This document shows, in pieces, positions 22,544 to 33,214 of a stretch of DNA of 64,000 nt. Source of the stretch: an uncultured Candidatus Rokubacteria bacterium (lineage in GTDB: Bacteria; Methylomirabilota; Methylomirabilia; Rokubacteriales; CSP1-6); assembly GCA_963758635.1 (NCBI GenBank), contig CAVWWD010000004.1, positions 288,001 through 352,000 of the forward strand, in the 5' to 3' direction. A model generated the notes under the pieces. The model had not been told where the DNA came from, did no database searches, and worked only from the letters and a program-made list of their open reading frames with translations. Position 1 is the stretch's first letter. Every line of letters begins with the position of its first letter. The translations under genes were made by a program, and so were the position numbers.

Positions 22544-22998
22544 CAACGCATCAGCGGAACGCCGGCGCCGCCTCGGCGCCTTGGATGATGATGGGCGGGC
22601 AGCAGGCCGCCCGCTTCCACCGGGAGACCGATCGCCGGCTCCGCCGCGCCATGATGGCGGCGCTCGCCTGCACGGCGCTCGTCGTGGGCGGGGTGGTGGG
22701 GGTGCTGGCGGTGAAGGTCCACCAAACGAAATTGTCGTACCGGATGGAGTCGCTCCGCCAGATGCGGGACGCCGCCGAGGAGCGCGTCCAGCGGCTGCGC
22801 GTCGAGGTGGCCACGCTCCGGTCGCACGCCCGCATCGAGGGCAAGGCCCGCACCGAGCTCGGCATGGTCTCGCCGGGCCGTGACCAGGTGCTCCTCGCCC
22901 GCGAGTTCGTGGCGGGCGGCAGCGGCATCTCCCGCGCGGCGCTGCCGCGCACGGCCGCCGTCGAGCGGGCGCGCCCCGGCGAGCCTCGACCCCGGTAG
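22540..22998 (+). CDS. ftsL: Cell division protein FtsL
   Basis: TM helix plus coiled coil, RIEGKARTELGM; position between rsmH and ftsI. Confidence 0.85.
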   Translation: MTTHQRNAGAASAPWMMMGGQQAARFHRETDRRLRRAMMAALACTALVVGGVVGVLAVKVHQTKLSYRMESLRQMRDAAEERVQRLRVEVATLRSHARIEGKARTELGMVSPGRDQVLLAREFVAGGSGISRAALPRTAAVERARPGEPRPR

Positions 22999-23001
22999 AT
23001 G

Positions 23002-23040
23002 GCGTCCCACCGCGAGGCATTGGTCTGATCCGCGGGGCTT
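23002..23040 (+). mobile_element. Truncated copy C of the ~75-bp element, with an 8-bp target duplication GGTAGATG
   Basis: 23006-23040 matches 20098-20132 at 30/35 nt; GGTAGATG at 22994-23001 and 23041-23048. Confidence 0.7.
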
Positions 23041-23045
23041 GGTAG

Positions 23046-25253
23046 ATGCGAGATCAGGACCGGCGAGAGCGCCTGAGGCTGCGCACGCTGGTGGTGGCGA
23101 CCGTGGTCGCCATCGGCTTCCTCGGGCTCGTCGGCCGGCTCGCCTACGTGCAGGTGGTCAAGCACGAGACGTACCTCAGGATCGCCGACAGTCAGCACGC
23201 CAAGACGGTCCCGCTCCGGCCCAAGCGCGGGCCGATCCTCGACCGGAACGGCCAGGTCCTCGCCGTGTCGTCCGCCACCGAGTCGCTGTTCGTGCTCCCC
23301 GCCCGGATCGACGACGCCCGCCGCCTCGCCGGGCGGCTGGCGCCCATCCTCGACGAGCCGGCCGACGACCTCGGACGCCGCCTCGCCGCGGCCAAGCGGT
23401 TCACGTTCGTGAAGCGGAAGCTCTCGCCCGCCGCGGCGCAGGCGGTGCGGGACCTCGGGGAGCCCTCTCTCGGTTTCCTCGAGGAGAGCCTGCGCCTGTA
23501 TCCCAACCGGGAGCTGGCCGCGCACGTGGTGGGCTTCGAGGGGCTGGACGGGCAGGGGCTGGCGGGGGTGGAGCAGGCCTGGGACAAGCGGCTGGCCGGC
23601 CAGGAGGGCCGCGCGCTCGTGGAGCGCGACGCCCTTGGCCGAGAGGTGACGGCCGCGCCGATCGTGCTGAAGGCGCCGCGGCCGGGCAACGGCCTCGTGC
23701 TCACCATCGACGCCACGCTCCAGTACATCGCGGAGAAGGAGATCGACGCGGCGTGGCGCCGGACCCGATCGAAGGCGGCCATGGCCGTGGCCATGGACCC
23801 GCGCACCGGCGAGGTCCTCGCCATCGCGATCCGGCCCACGTTCAACCCGAACAGCTTCGCCGCCGCCACCGACGCCGAGCGGCGGAACCGCGCCGTCACC
23901 GATCCCTTCGAGCCGGGCTCGACGTTCAAGGTGATCCTCGCCGCCGCGGCGCTGGAGGAGGGCGTGGCGCGGCCCACCGACCGGATCTACGGCGAGATGG
24001 GGGCGATCAAGGTGGCCAACGCCACCATCCACGACTGGAAGCCGTGGGGCTGGCTCACCTTCGCCGAGGTGCTCGCCAACTCGTCGAACGTCGGCACGAT
24101 CAAGGTTGGCCTCTCGCTGGGCCGCGAGCGGTACTACAAGTACATCTCGGGCTTCGGCTTCGGCACCCCCACGGGCGTGGGCCTACCCGGGGAGAGCCGC
24201 GGGCAGCTCCGGCCGCCCGCCCGGTGGTCCGGGCTCTCGCTGGCCACGATGTCGATCGGCCAGGAGATCTCGGTGACCGCGCTCCAGATCGTCTCCGCGT
24301 TCGCGGCGGTGGCGAACGAGGGCCGCCTCATGCAGCCGCAGATCGTGCGCGCGGTCCTGGACAGCGAGGGACGCGAGGTGCAGGGCTTCGAGCCCCGGGT
24401 GATCCGCCAGGTCATCAGCCCCGAGACCTCGCGCACGCTCATGCGCATGATGACCGGCGTCGTCGCCGGCGGCACCGGCCACCGCGCGGCCATCGCCGGC
24501 TTCGACGTGGGCGGCAAGACGGGCACGGCGCAGAAGCTCGATCCCAACACGCGCCGGTACTCTCGGGCCCCGGGCGTGCTGTCCTTCGTGGGCGTCGTGC
24601 CCGCCGAGGATCCGCGCATCGCCATGCTCGTGATGCTGGACGAGCCCAAGAATGAGAAGTGGGGCAGCGAGGCGGCGGCGCCGATCTTCGCCGCCATCGG
24701 CGGCGAGGCGCTCCGCCACATGAACCTGATGCCGCGTGACAGCCGGCCCGTCCAGATCGTGCGTGGCTCTGCGAGTGGCCTGCGAGCCGAGCCGAAGGCG
24801 AGGCGAGCGTATATGGAAATGCAGTGGAAACGACCGCTAACCGGGACCGAGTGTCCGCGAACGCAGTGGAAACAACCGCCCCCCCCGACCCAGCGCCCGC
24901 CAAGGCCGGCCTCATCGAGGAGCCGTCCGCGCGTGATGCCGTCCCTGGCCCGGCTCTCCCTGCGCCAGGCCCTCGAGGTCCTGGCCCCGCTCGACGTCCC
25001 CGTGGAGGTCGTCGGCCGCGGGATCGTGGTGGCCCAGTCCCCGCCCGCCGGAGAGCCCCTGGGGGCCGGCGCGACCTGCCGTCTGACCCTGGCCTCGCCG
25101 GCCGGCCCCGCGCCGGCCAGCCCCGCGCCGGCCAGCCCCGGGCCCGCTGGCCCCGGCAAGACCGCGCCGGCCAAGACGGCCCCGGCGAAGGCCGCGCCGG
25201 CGCCCACGGCACACGCGAAGATGGCGGCGGTCGAATCCGTCGCAAGGCCATGA
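23046..25253 (+). CDS. ftsI: Penicillin-binding protein 3 with a PASTA domain and Pro/Ala/Lys-rich tail
   Basis: RGPILDRNG, EPGSTFK (SxxK), SSN (SxN), KTGTAQ; PASTA-like VMPSL..LSLRQA...GIVVAQSP. Confidence 0.95.
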   Translation: MRDQDRRERLRLRTLVVATVVAIGFLGLVGRLAYVQVVKHETYLRIADSQHAKTVPLRPKRGPILDRNGQVLAVSSATESLFVLPARIDDARRLAGRLAPILDEPADDLGRRLAAAKRFTFVKRKLSPAAAQAVRDLGEPSLGFLEESLRLYPNRELAAHVVGFEGLDGQGLAGVEQAWDKRLAGQEGRALVERDALGREVTAAPIVLKAPRPGNGLVLTIDATLQYIAEKEIDAAWRRTRSKAAMAVAMDPRTGEVLAIAIRPTFNPNSFAAATDAERRNRAVTDPFEPGSTFKVILAAAALEEGVARPTDRIYGEMGAIKVANATIHDWKPWGWLTFAEVLANSSNVGTIKVGLSLGRERYYKYISGFGFGTPTGVGLPGESRGQLRPPARWSGLSLATMSIGQEISVTALQIVSAFAAVANEGRLMQPQIVRAVLDSEGREVQGFEPRVIRQVISPETSRTLMRMMTGVVAGGTGHRAAIAGFDVGGKTGTAQKLDPNTRRYSRAPGVLSFVGVVPAEDPRIAMLVMLDEPKNEKWGSEAAAPIFAAIGGEALRHMNLMPRDSRPVQIVRGSASGLRAEPKARRAYMEMQWKRPLTGTECPRTQWKQPPPPTQRPPRPASSRSRPRVMPSLARLSLRQALEVLAPLDVPVEVVGRGIVVAQSPPAGEPLGAGATCRLTLASPAGPAPASPAPASPGPAGPGKTAPAKTAPAKAAPAPTAHAKMAAVESVARP

Positions 25254-26770
25254 CCGGCCATCCCATGCCCACCGCCCCCCTGATCGACGCGCTCCCGCAG
25301 AAGACGGTCCTCGGCCGGCTTCCCGACAGCGTGGGGGCCATCGCCTACGACTCGCGCAAGGTCGGCCCCGGGGCCCTCTTCGTGGCGGTCTCCGGCCTCA
25401 AGCAGGACGGCCGGCGTTACGTGCCCGAGGCAGTCTCGCGCGGGGCGGCCCTCGTCGTGGCCGAGGCGCCGGATCCGCTCGACGGCTCGAGCACGCCGCG
25501 GGTGATCGTGCCGTCCTGCCGGGAGGCCCTGGCCCGGCTAGCCGACGCCTTCCACGGCCACCCGTCGGGCGCGCTCGCCCTGGTCGGCGTCACGGGGACC
25601 AGCGGCAAGACGACCACCGCGTTCCTCGTCGAGGCGCTGCTGCGAGCATCCGGGCACATGACGGGCCTGATCGGCACCATCGAGTACCGGATCGGCGATC
25701 GCGTGGAGGCGGCGGGCCAGACCACGCCGGAGGCAGTGGAGCTCCAGGCGCTCCTCGCCCGGATGCGCGACGCGGGCGTGACGGGGGCGGTCATGGAGGT
25801 GTCCTCGCACGCCCTCGCCCTGTCGCGCGTGGACGGCACGGACTTCGACGTGGCGGTGTTCACGAACCTCAGCCAGGACCACCTGGATTTCCACGCCTCG
25901 ATGGAGGAGTACCGCCAGGCGAAGACGCGGCTCTTCTCGCTCCTCGCCGCGGGGCGGAAGCCGGGCCGGACCGCCGTCATCAACGTGGACGACCCCGCGG
26001 GCCCGACGATGGCCGCGGGGCTCGAGGTCGCGCGCCTCACGTTCGCGATGCGGTCCGCTGCCGACGTGCGCCCACGCCGCTTCACCTCCACGGGCGACGG
26101 CATCGATCTCGAGGCCGACACGCCAGCCGGCCGCGTCCTCCTCCGGTCGGCCCTGGTCGGTGAGCACAACGTGATGAATCTGCTCGGCGCCATCGGCGTC
26201 GGCGTCGCGCTCGGCATGGCCCCGGGCCGGATCGGCGAGGCAGTGGGCGCGGTGCCGGTCGTGCCCGGACGCTTCGAGCGGGTCGAGGCGGGCCAGCCCT
26301 TCCTGGTCGTGGTCGACTACGCGCACAAGCCGGACGCGCTCCAGCACGCGCTCGGCACCGCGCGCAAGCTCGTCACCGGCGACGGGCGGCTGGCCGTGGT
26401 CTTCGGGTGCGGGGGCGATCGCGACCGCGGCAAGCGCCCGCTCATGGGCGAGATCGCCGCGCGCCTGGCCGACCGCGTGTGGGTGACCTCGGACAACCCC
26501 CGCACGGAGCGGCCCGAGGCGATCATCGGCGAGATCCTGCCCGGCGTCGAGCGCGGCGGGGCGGGCGCGCGGCACGTGGCGATGGCCGACCGGCGCGCGG
26601 CCATCCGCGACGCCATCGGCTGGGCGCGCGCCGGTGACGTGCTGGTGATCGCCGGCAAGGGCCACGAGCCCTACCAGATCATCGGCGCGGAGGTGCTGCC
26701 CTTCGACGACCGGGAGATCGCCCGCGGCTTCCTCCACGCGGCGGGCCCGGGGCGGGAGGCACGGCCATAG
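25250..26770 (+). CDS. murE: UDP-MurNAc-dipeptide--meso-DAP ligase
   Basis: GTSGKTT, TTPE, MEVSSH, DYAH, GCGGDRD, DNPR, AGKGHE. Confidence 0.96.
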   Translation: MTGHPMPTAPLIDALPQKTVLGRLPDSVGAIAYDSRKVGPGALFVAVSGLKQDGRRYVPEAVSRGAALVVAEAPDPLDGSSTPRVIVPSCREALARLADAFHGHPSGALALVGVTGTSGKTTTAFLVEALLRASGHMTGLIGTIEYRIGDRVEAAGQTTPEAVELQALLARMRDAGVTGAVMEVSSHALALSRVDGTDFDVAVFTNLSQDHLDFHASMEEYRQAKTRLFSLLAAGRKPGRTAVINVDDPAGPTMAAGLEVARLTFAMRSAADVRPRRFTSTGDGIDLEADTPAGRVLLRSALVGEHNVMNLLGAIGVGVALGMAPGRIGEAVGAVPVVPGRFERVEAGQPFLVVVDYAHKPDALQHALGTARKLVTGDGRLAVVFGCGGDRDRGKRPLMGEIAARLADRVWVTSDNPRTERPEAIIGEILPGVERGGAGARHVAMADRRAAIRDAIGWARAGDVLVIAGKGHEPYQIIGAEVLPFDDREIARGFLHAAGPGREARP

Positions 26771-26778
26771 CCCGGCGC

Positions 26779-28164
26779 ATGCCCGTCTTCACCGTGGAGG
26801 AGATCGTGCGCGGCACCCAGGGCGCCCTCGTTTCGGGCGACCTCGGCGTGCGCGTCACCGGCATGTCGATCGACACGCGGAGCCTCGGCGTGGGTGAGGC
26901 GTTCTTCGCGATCCACGGCCACCACGGCGACGGCCACGCGTTCCTCCGCGAGGCCGCCGCGCGCGGCGCCGCCTGCGTCGTGGTCCACGCCGTGAGCGAC
27001 GACCTGCCGCCCGCGGTGCCCGTGGTGCTCGTGGACGACACCACGCGCGCGCTCGGCCGGCTCGCCGCCTGGCACCGGCAGCGCTTCACGCTGCCCGTGG
27101 TCGCCGTCACCGGCTCGAACGGCAAGACCACCACCAAGGAGATGATGGCCTCGGTGCTGGAGGCGCTCGGGCCGGTGCTCAAGCCGCCGGGCAGCTTCAA
27201 CAACCAGTGGGGGCTGCCGCTGACGCTCCTCGGCCTCGGCCCCGAGCACCGCGCGGTGGCCCTCGAGCTGGGGGCGAACCAGCCCGGGGAGATCGCCGCG
27301 CTCGCCGCGCTCTGCCGGCCCACCGTGGGCGTCGTCACGATGGTCGCGAGCGCCCACACCGCGTTCTTCGGCTCGCTGGACGGCGTGCAGGCGGAGAAGG
27401 GCGCGCTGGTGGCCGCGATCCCGCCCGAGGGCGCGGTGGTGCTGAACGCCGACGACCCGCGCGTCCTCGCCATGCGCGCCCGCGCGCGCGCCCGCGTGAT
27501 CACGGTGAGCGCGCGGGAAGACGCCGACGTGCGCGCGGTGGGCTCCCCGGTCGAGACGGCGGAGGGTCTCACCGTCACCTTCGAGGCCCGCGGCGCGCGG
27601 CGTACGGCGCTGCTCCGCTTCGCGGGGCGGCACAACGTGGGCAACGCGCTGGCCGCCGCCGGCGTGGGGCTCGCCCTCGGCCTGCCGCTGGCCGACCTCG
27701 TCCGCGGGCTCGAGGCGGCGCGCCCGGCCGCCGGGCGCTGCGTCTGGCTCCGCGCCGGCGGGCTCACGATCCTCGACGACAGCTACAACGCCAACCCCAC
27801 GTCGCTGCGCGCCGCGCTCGAGACGTTCGCGGCGGTGCGCGGGCGGCGCGTGGTCGTGCTCGCCGACATGCTCGAGCTGGGCGACATCGCGGACAGCGCG
27901 CACCGGGAGGCCGGCCGCGCCGTGGTGGCGTCCGGCGCCGCCGAGCTGATCGGCGTGGGCCCGCTCTCGCGCCTCGCCGTGGAGGCCGCGCGCGAGGCCG
28001 GGCTCGCCGAGTGCCATCACGCCGGAACGTTCGAGGACACCATGGCGCTCCTGCTGAAGCGCCTGATCCCGGGCGACGCCGTGCTCGTGAAGGGCTCGCG
28101 GGGCATGCGGATGGAGCGCGTCGTGGCCGCGCTGGTGGCCCGATTCGGAGGAGATGATGGCTGA
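26779..28164 (+). CDS. murF: UDP-MurNAc-tripeptide--D-Ala-D-Ala ligase
   Basis: GSNGKTTTKE, FNNQWGLP, DDSYNANP, DMLELG, VKGSRG. Confidence 0.96.
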   Translation: MPVFTVEEIVRGTQGALVSGDLGVRVTGMSIDTRSLGVGEAFFAIHGHHGDGHAFLREAAARGAACVVVHAVSDDLPPAVPVVLVDDTTRALGRLAAWHRQRFTLPVVAVTGSNGKTTTKEMMASVLEALGPVLKPPGSFNNQWGLPLTLLGLGPEHRAVALELGANQPGEIAALAALCRPTVGVVTMVASAHTAFFGSLDGVQAEKGALVAAIPPEGAVVLNADDPRVLAMRARARARVITVSAREDADVRAVGSPVETAEGLTVTFEARGARRTALLRFAGRHNVGNALAAAGVGLALGLPLADLVRGLEAARPAAGRCVWLRAGGLTILDDSYNANPTSLRAALETFAAVRGRRVVVLADMLELGDIADSAHREAGRAVVASGAAELIGVGPLSRLAVEAAREAGLAECHHAGTFEDTMALLLKRLIPGDAVLVKGSRGMRMERVVAALVARFGGDDG

Positions 28165-29243
28165 TGCTCTACCATCTCCTCGCTCCCCTCGGCCGCGAGT
28201 TCATCTTCTTCAACGTCTTCCGGTACATCACGTTCCGGACGGCGATGGCCACGGTGACCGCGCTCGTGATCTCGTTCGTGCTCGGCCCCTGGCTGATCCG
28301 GCGGCTGCGCCGGCTCCAGCACGGCGGCGACACCATCCGGGAGGACACGCCGGAGCGCCACCGGCTGAAGGCGGGCACGCCGACCTGCGGCGGGCTCATC
28401 ATCCTGGCCGCGCTGCTGGGATCGACGCTCCTCTGGGCGAACCTCACGAACCGCTACGTGTGGCTGGCGGTGGCGGCGACGGCCGGGCTCGGGCTCGTCG
28501 GGCTCATGGACGACCTCGCCAAGCTCCGCACGCGCAAGGGCATCTCGGCGCGCCGGAAGTTCGGGCTGCAGCTCGGGCTCGTGGGCGCGCTGTTCGCCGC
28601 GCTCTACGTGTGGCCACCCGACGGCTTCACGACCGGCCTGGCCATCCCCTTCTTCAAGGGCTGGCTGCTCACGCTGGGCGTGCTGTGGATCCCCTTCGCG
28701 ATCGTCGTGATCGTGGGCGCCTCGAACGCGGTCAACCTGACCGACGGGCTGGACGGGCTCGCCATCGGGCCGATCGTGATGGCGGGCGGGGCGTTCGCGA
28801 TCATCGCCTACCTCACGGGCAACTTCCGGGCCGCCGAGTACCTGAGGATCCTGAACGTCAAGGGCACGGGCGAGCTGACGATCTTCTGCGGGGCGCTGGT
28901 GGGCGCGGCGCTGGGCTTCCTCTGGTTCAACACCTACCCGGCGCAGGTCTTCATGGGCGACGTGGGCTCCCTCGCGCTGGGCGGGGCCATCGGGACGCTC
29001 GCCGTCCTCACCAAATCGGAGCTCCTGCTGCCCCTCATCGGCGGGATCTACGTGGTCGAGGCGGGCTCGGTCATCATCCAGGTGCTCTCGTTCAAGCTCA
29101 CCGGCCGGCGGGTGTTCCGGATGGCCCCGCTCCATCACCACTTCGAGCTGGCCGGCTGGGCCGAGCCGAAGATCATCGTCCGCTTCTGGATCCTGTCCTT
29201 CATGCTGGCGCTCCTCGCCCTCACGACGCTCAAGCTCCGGTGA
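28164..29243 (+). CDS. mraY: Phospho-N-acetylmuramoyl-pentapeptide transferase
   Basis: SNAVNLTDGLDGL, VFMGDVG, MAPLHHHFE. Confidence 0.97.
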   Translation: MLYHLLAPLGREFIFFNVFRYITFRTAMATVTALVISFVLGPWLIRRLRRLQHGGDTIREDTPERHRLKAGTPTCGGLIILAALLGSTLLWANLTNRYVWLAVAATAGLGLVGLMDDLAKLRTRKGISARRKFGLQLGLVGALFAALYVWPPDGFTTGLAIPFFKGWLLTLGVLWIPFAIVVIVGASNAVNLTDGLDGLAIGPIVMAGGAFAIIAYLTGNFRAAEYLRILNVKGTGELTIFCGALVGAALGFLWFNTYPAQVFMGDVGSLALGGAIGTLAVLTKSELLLPLIGGIYVVEAGSVIIQVLSFKLTGRRVFRMAPLHHHFELAGWAEPKIIVRFWILSFMLALLALTTLKLR

Positions 29244-29249
29244 ACGCCT

Positions 29250-30686
29250 GTGAACGCAGTGGGGACGGACGGCGCGATGGCCGCGCTGGCCGAGCGCGGT
29301 GAGCCGTTCCGCCGGTGGCTCGAGGGACGGACGGTGTCCGTCGTCGGCCTCGCGAGGAGCGGCGTGGCCGCGGCGCGCCTGGCCCGGCGGCTCGGCGCGC
29401 GCGTCCTCGCCTCGGACGCTGCGCCCGCCGACCGTCTGCCCGCGGAGGCGCGCGCGCTCGAGGCGGCGGGCGTCGGCCTGTGGGCGGGCGGCCATCCCGC
29501 CCCGGCCTTCGCGGGCGCGGAGCTGGTCGTCGTGAGCCCGGGCGTGCCATGGGAGGCGGCGCCGCTCGAGGCCGCGCGGGCCGCCGGCGTGCCCGTGATC
29601 GGCGAGCTCGAGCTGGCGTGGCTGGTCATGGAGGGTGACGTCATCGCGATCACGGGCACGAATGGCAAGACCACGACGACCGCGCTCACCGGCGACATCC
29701 TGCGCGGGCAGCCGCGGCCCGTGCTCGTGGGCGGCAACATCGGCACGCCGCTGTCGCGCCTGGCCCTCGATGCGCCCGCCCACGGCCTCGTGGTCGCCGA
29801 GGCGTCGAGCTTTCAGCTCGAGGCGACGGCGCGCTTCCGGCCGTGGGTCGCCGCGGTGCTGAACCTCGCCCCCGACCACCTGGACCGGCACGGCTCGGTC
29901 GAGCGCTACGTGGAAGCCAAGGCGCGGATCTTCGCGAACCAGCGCCCCGGCGACCACGCCGTGCTGAACGCGGACGACCCGGCGACGGCGGCGCTGGCCG
30001 CCCGCACGCGCGCGCGCGTGGCGTGGTTCAGCCGTCTCCGGCCGGTGGCGCGCGGCGCGTTCGTCCGCGACGGCTGGGTGGTGGCGCGGCGGGACGGCGG
30101 CGACGAGCCGGTGTGCCCGCTCACCGAGATCCCGCTCCGCGGCGAGCACAACGTGGAGAACGTGCTCGCGGCCACCGCGTGCGCGCTGTGGACGGGCATG
30201 GCGCCCGCGGCCATCCGCGCGGCCATCGTGGCCTTCGGCGGCGTCGCGCACCGCATCGAGCGCGTGCGCGAGGCGGCGGGCGTCGTCTACTACAACGACT
30301 CCAAGGGCACCAACGTCGCCTCCACGGTGAAGGCGCTCGAGAGCTTCGCCGAGCCCGTGATCCTGATCGCCGGCGGCAAGGGCAAGGGCCAGGACTTCAC
30401 GCCGCTCGGCGACGCCGCGCGCGGCCGCGTGCGCCACGCCGTGCTGATCGGGGTGGACCGCGGGCAGATCCGGCCCGCGCTCCGCGCCGCGGGGGCCACC
30501 GTGGAGGACGCGGACTCCATGGAGGGCGCGGTGCGCGCGGCCGCCGCCGCGGCCCGGCCCGGCGAGGTCGTGCTCCTCTCGCCGGCCTGCGCGTCGTTCG
30601 ACATGTTCGACCACTTCGAGCACCGGGGCGACGTGTTCAAGGCCGTCGTCAACGCGCTCGTGCCCGCCGCGGGCGGAGGCCGCTGA
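29250..30686 (+). CDS. murD: UDP-MurNAc-L-Ala--D-Glu ligase
   Basis: GLARSG, GTNGKTT, SSFQL, DHLDRH, NDSKGTN, LLSPACASFD. Confidence 0.96.
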   Translation: MNAVGTDGAMAALAERGEPFRRWLEGRTVSVVGLARSGVAAARLARRLGARVLASDAAPADRLPAEARALEAAGVGLWAGGHPAPAFAGAELVVVSPGVPWEAAPLEAARAAGVPVIGELELAWLVMEGDVIAITGTNGKTTTTALTGDILRGQPRPVLVGGNIGTPLSRLALDAPAHGLVVAEASSFQLEATARFRPWVAAVLNLAPDHLDRHGSVERYVEAKARIFANQRPGDHAVLNADDPATAALAARTRARVAWFSRLRPVARGAFVRDGWVVARRDGGDEPVCPLTEIPLRGEHNVENVLAATACALWTGMAPAAIRAAIVAFGGVAHRIERVREAAGVVYYNDSKGTNVASTVKALESFAEPVILIAGGKGKGQDFTPLGDAARGRVRHAVLIGVDRGQIRPALRAAGATVEDADSMEGAVRAAAAAARPGEVVLLSPACASFDMFDHFEHRGDVFKAVVNALVPAAGGGR

Positions 30687-31786
30687 TGCCGCGCAAGCTC
30701 GCCCCCGACCTCTGGCTCTTCGGGCTGGTCCTGGCCCTCGTGTCGGTGGGCGTGGTGATGGTGTACTCGGCCAGCGCGATCATCGCCGCCGACCGGTTCG
30801 GCGACCCGCTGTTCTTCCTCAAGAAGCAGCTCTTCTGGGCGTTCCTCGGGATGGCCACGCTCTGGGCGGTCATGCGCGTGGACTACCGGCGGCTCGAGAA
30901 GCTGGTGGTGCCGCTCCTGGTGCTGTCCTTCGTGCTCCTGGTGCTCGTCCTCGTGCCGCCGTTCGGCCAGGCCATCAACGGGACCCGCCGCTGGTTCCGG
31001 GCCGGGCCGCTGTCCTTCCAGCCCGTGGAGCTGGCCAAGCTCGCCCTCGTCCTCTACCTCGCGGCGTTCCTGGCCCGGCGGCAGGAGCTGGTGCGGAGCT
31101 TCTCACAGGGGCTCTTGCCGCTCCTCGTGGTGGCCGGACTCATGGCCGGGCTCACCGTGCTCCAGCCCGACCTCGGCAACAGCATCGCGCTGGTGATGCT
31201 CACGCTCGGGCTCGCCTACCTCGCGGGGGCGCGGGTGTCGCACATGCTCGCCATCGCCGTGTGCGCGCTCCCCGTGGTCGCGGCCCTCATCGCGTGGAAG
31301 CCGTACCGCTGGCGCCGGATGCTCGCGTTCGTCAACCCGTGGGACGACCCGCAGGGCAGCGGCTTCCAGATCATCCAGTCGTTCCTCGCGCTCGGCAGCG
31401 GCGGCTGGCTCGGGCGCGGGCTCGGCGAGTCGAAGCAGAAGCTCTTCTACCTGCCCGAGCCGTACACCGACTTCGTGTTCGCCATCATCGGCGAGGAGCT
31501 GGGCTGGGTCGGCGCGACGGTCGTCATCGCGCTGTTCGCGCTCCTCGTGTGGCGCGGCCTCCGCGTGGGGCTGCGCGCGCCCGATCCGTTCGGCAGCTAC
31601 CTCGCGCTCGGCCTCACGCTCATGCTCGCCACCCAGACGCTGGTCAACCTGGGCGTGGTCATGGGCGCGCTCCCGACCAAGGGGCTGCCGTTGCCGTTCA
31701 TCTCGTTCGGGGGGTCGGCGCTGGTGACGACGATGCTCGCCGCCGGCGTGCTCCTGAACATCTCGCAGCACACCAGCACGGCCTGA
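30686..31786 (+). CDS. ftsW: SEDS peptidoglycan polymerase FtsW
   Basis: [35 protein letters not shown]. Confidence 0.95.
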   Translation: MPRKLAPDLWLFGLVLALVSVGVVMVYSASAIIAADRFGDPLFFLKKQLFWAFLGMATLWAVMRVDYRRLEKLVVPLLVLSFVLLVLVLVPPFGQAINGTRRWFRAGPLSFQPVELAKLALVLYLAAFLARRQELVRSFSQGLLPLLVVAGLMAGLTVLQPDLGNSIALVMLTLGLAYLAGARVSHMLAIAVCALPVVAALIAWKPYRWRRMLAFVNPWDDPQGSGFQIIQSFLALGSGGWLGRGLGESKQKLFYLPEPYTDFVFAIIGEELGWVGATVVIALFALLVWRGLRVGLRAPDPFGSYLALGLTLMLATQTLVNLGVVMGALPTKGLPLPFISFGGSALVTTMLAAGVLLNISQHTSTA

Positions 31787-31811
31787 CCGGAGACGGAGGA
31801 CGACGCGGCTC

Positions 31812-33212
31812 ATGTACAAGCGTTACCAGCAGATCCACTTCGTGGGCGTCGGCGGCGTGGGGATGAGCGGCATCGCCGAGGTGCTGCTGAACCTCGGCTA
31901 CCGCATCACCGGCTCCGACGTGCGGCGCAACGACTCCATCGAGCGCCTCGAGCGGCTGGGCGCCAAGGTCGCGATCGGGCACGAGCCCGCCAACGTGGAG
32001 GGCGCGCACGTGGTCGTGTACTCCTCGGCGGTGGCGCGCGACAACGTGGAGGTCCACGTGGCGCGGCAGCGCGGCATCCCCGTCATCCCGCGCGCCGAGA
32101 TGCTCGCCGAGCTGATGCGGCTCAAGTACGGCATCGCCATCGCGGGCACCCACGGCAAGACCACCACCACGTCCATGGTGGGCGCGGTGCTGGGCGCGGC
32201 GGGCCTCGACCCCACGGTGGTGGTGGGCGGCCGCATCCACGGCCTCGGCGCGAACGCGCGGCTCGGGCAGGGGGAGTTCCTGGTCGCCGAGGCCGACGAG
32301 TCCGACGGCTCGTTCCTCAAGCTCTCGCCGACCATCGCCGTCGTCACCACGGTGGACGCCGAGCATCTCGACCACTACGCCGACCTCGACGCCATCCGCG
32401 CCGCGTTCCAGGAGTTCGTGAACAAGGTGCCGTTCTACGGCGCCGCCGTCCTCTGCCTGGACCAGCCGAACATCCAGCAGATGATCCCCGCGGTGGACAA
32501 GCGGGTGATCACCTACGGGCTCGAGTCGGGCGCGGACTTCACGGCGCGGCGGCTCGCCTTCTCGGGCACCAGCTCGCGCTTCGAGGTGCTCCACCGCGGC
32601 CGCGTGCTCGGCGAGGGCACGCTCCAGATCCCGGGCCGGCACAACGTGCTCAACGCGCTCGCCGCGGTGGCCGTCGGCCTCGACCTCGAGGTGCCGTTCG
32701 CGGCCATCCAGGAGGCGCTCGCCGGCTTCGCGGGCGTCCAGCGGCGGTTCCAGATCCGCGGCGAGGCCCGCGGCGTCCTCGTGGTGGACGACTACGGCCA
32801 CCATCCCGCCGAGATCCGGGCCACCCTGGCCGCGGCCAAGGCCGGCTTCGACCGGCGCGTCATCACCGTGTTCCAGCCACACCGCTACACACGCACGCTC
32901 CACCTCCGGCAGGAGTTCCTCACCGCCTTCTACCAGTCCGACGTGCTGCTCGTGATGGACATCTACGCGGCGGGCGAGGCGCCGATCGAGGGCGTGAACG
33001 CGCGAGACCTGGCCGAGGGCATCGCCGCCCACGGCCATCGGGAAGTGCACTACGTGGACGGCGACCGCGAGGGCATCCTCGACTTCCTCGTCTCGTCCAC
33101 GCGCCCGGGGGACCTCGTCCTCACCCTGGGCGCTGGGGACGTGGGGCAGCTGGGTGGCGAGCTCGTCACCCGGCTCGGAGCGCTGCCCCACGATCCCTCC
33201 AACAGGAGATAG
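31812..33212 (+). CDS. murC: UDP-MurNAc--L-Ala ligase
   Basis: [45 protein letters not shown]. Confidence 0.97.
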   Translation: MYKRYQQIHFVGVGGVGMSGIAEVLLNLGYRITGSDVRRNDSIERLERLGAKVAIGHEPANVEGAHVVVYSSAVARDNVEVHVARQRGIPVIPRAEMLAELMRLKYGIAIAGTHGKTTTTSMVGAVLGAAGLDPTVVVGGRIHGLGANARLGQGEFLVAEADESDGSFLKLSPTIAVVTTVDAEHLDHYADLDAIRAAFQEFVNKVPFYGAAVLCLDQPNIQQMIPAVDKRVITYGLESGADFTARRLAFSGTSSRFEVLHRGRVLGEGTLQIPGRHNVLNALAAVAVGLDLEVPFAAIQEALAGFAGVQRRFQIRGEARGVLVVDDYGHHPAEIRATLAAAKAGFDRRVITVFQPHRYTRTLHLRQEFLTAFYQSDVLLVMDIYAAGEAPIEGVNARDLAEGIAAHGHREVHYVDGDREGILDFLVSSTRPGDLVLTLGAGDVGQLGGELVTRLGALPHDPSNRR

Positions 33213-33214
33213 GC

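Noticed and set aside
24824..26770. FtsI-MurE fusion or long MurE N-terminal extension
   Set aside because: ftsI stops at 25253 with an ATGA overlap onto the murE start at 25250; the extension overlaps the PASTA domain in another frame.
28017..30623. Long antisense ORFs (e.g. 28017-30623, 57237-60269, 12143-14218)
   Set aside because: Shadows of real genes in high-GC DNA with no recognisable domains.
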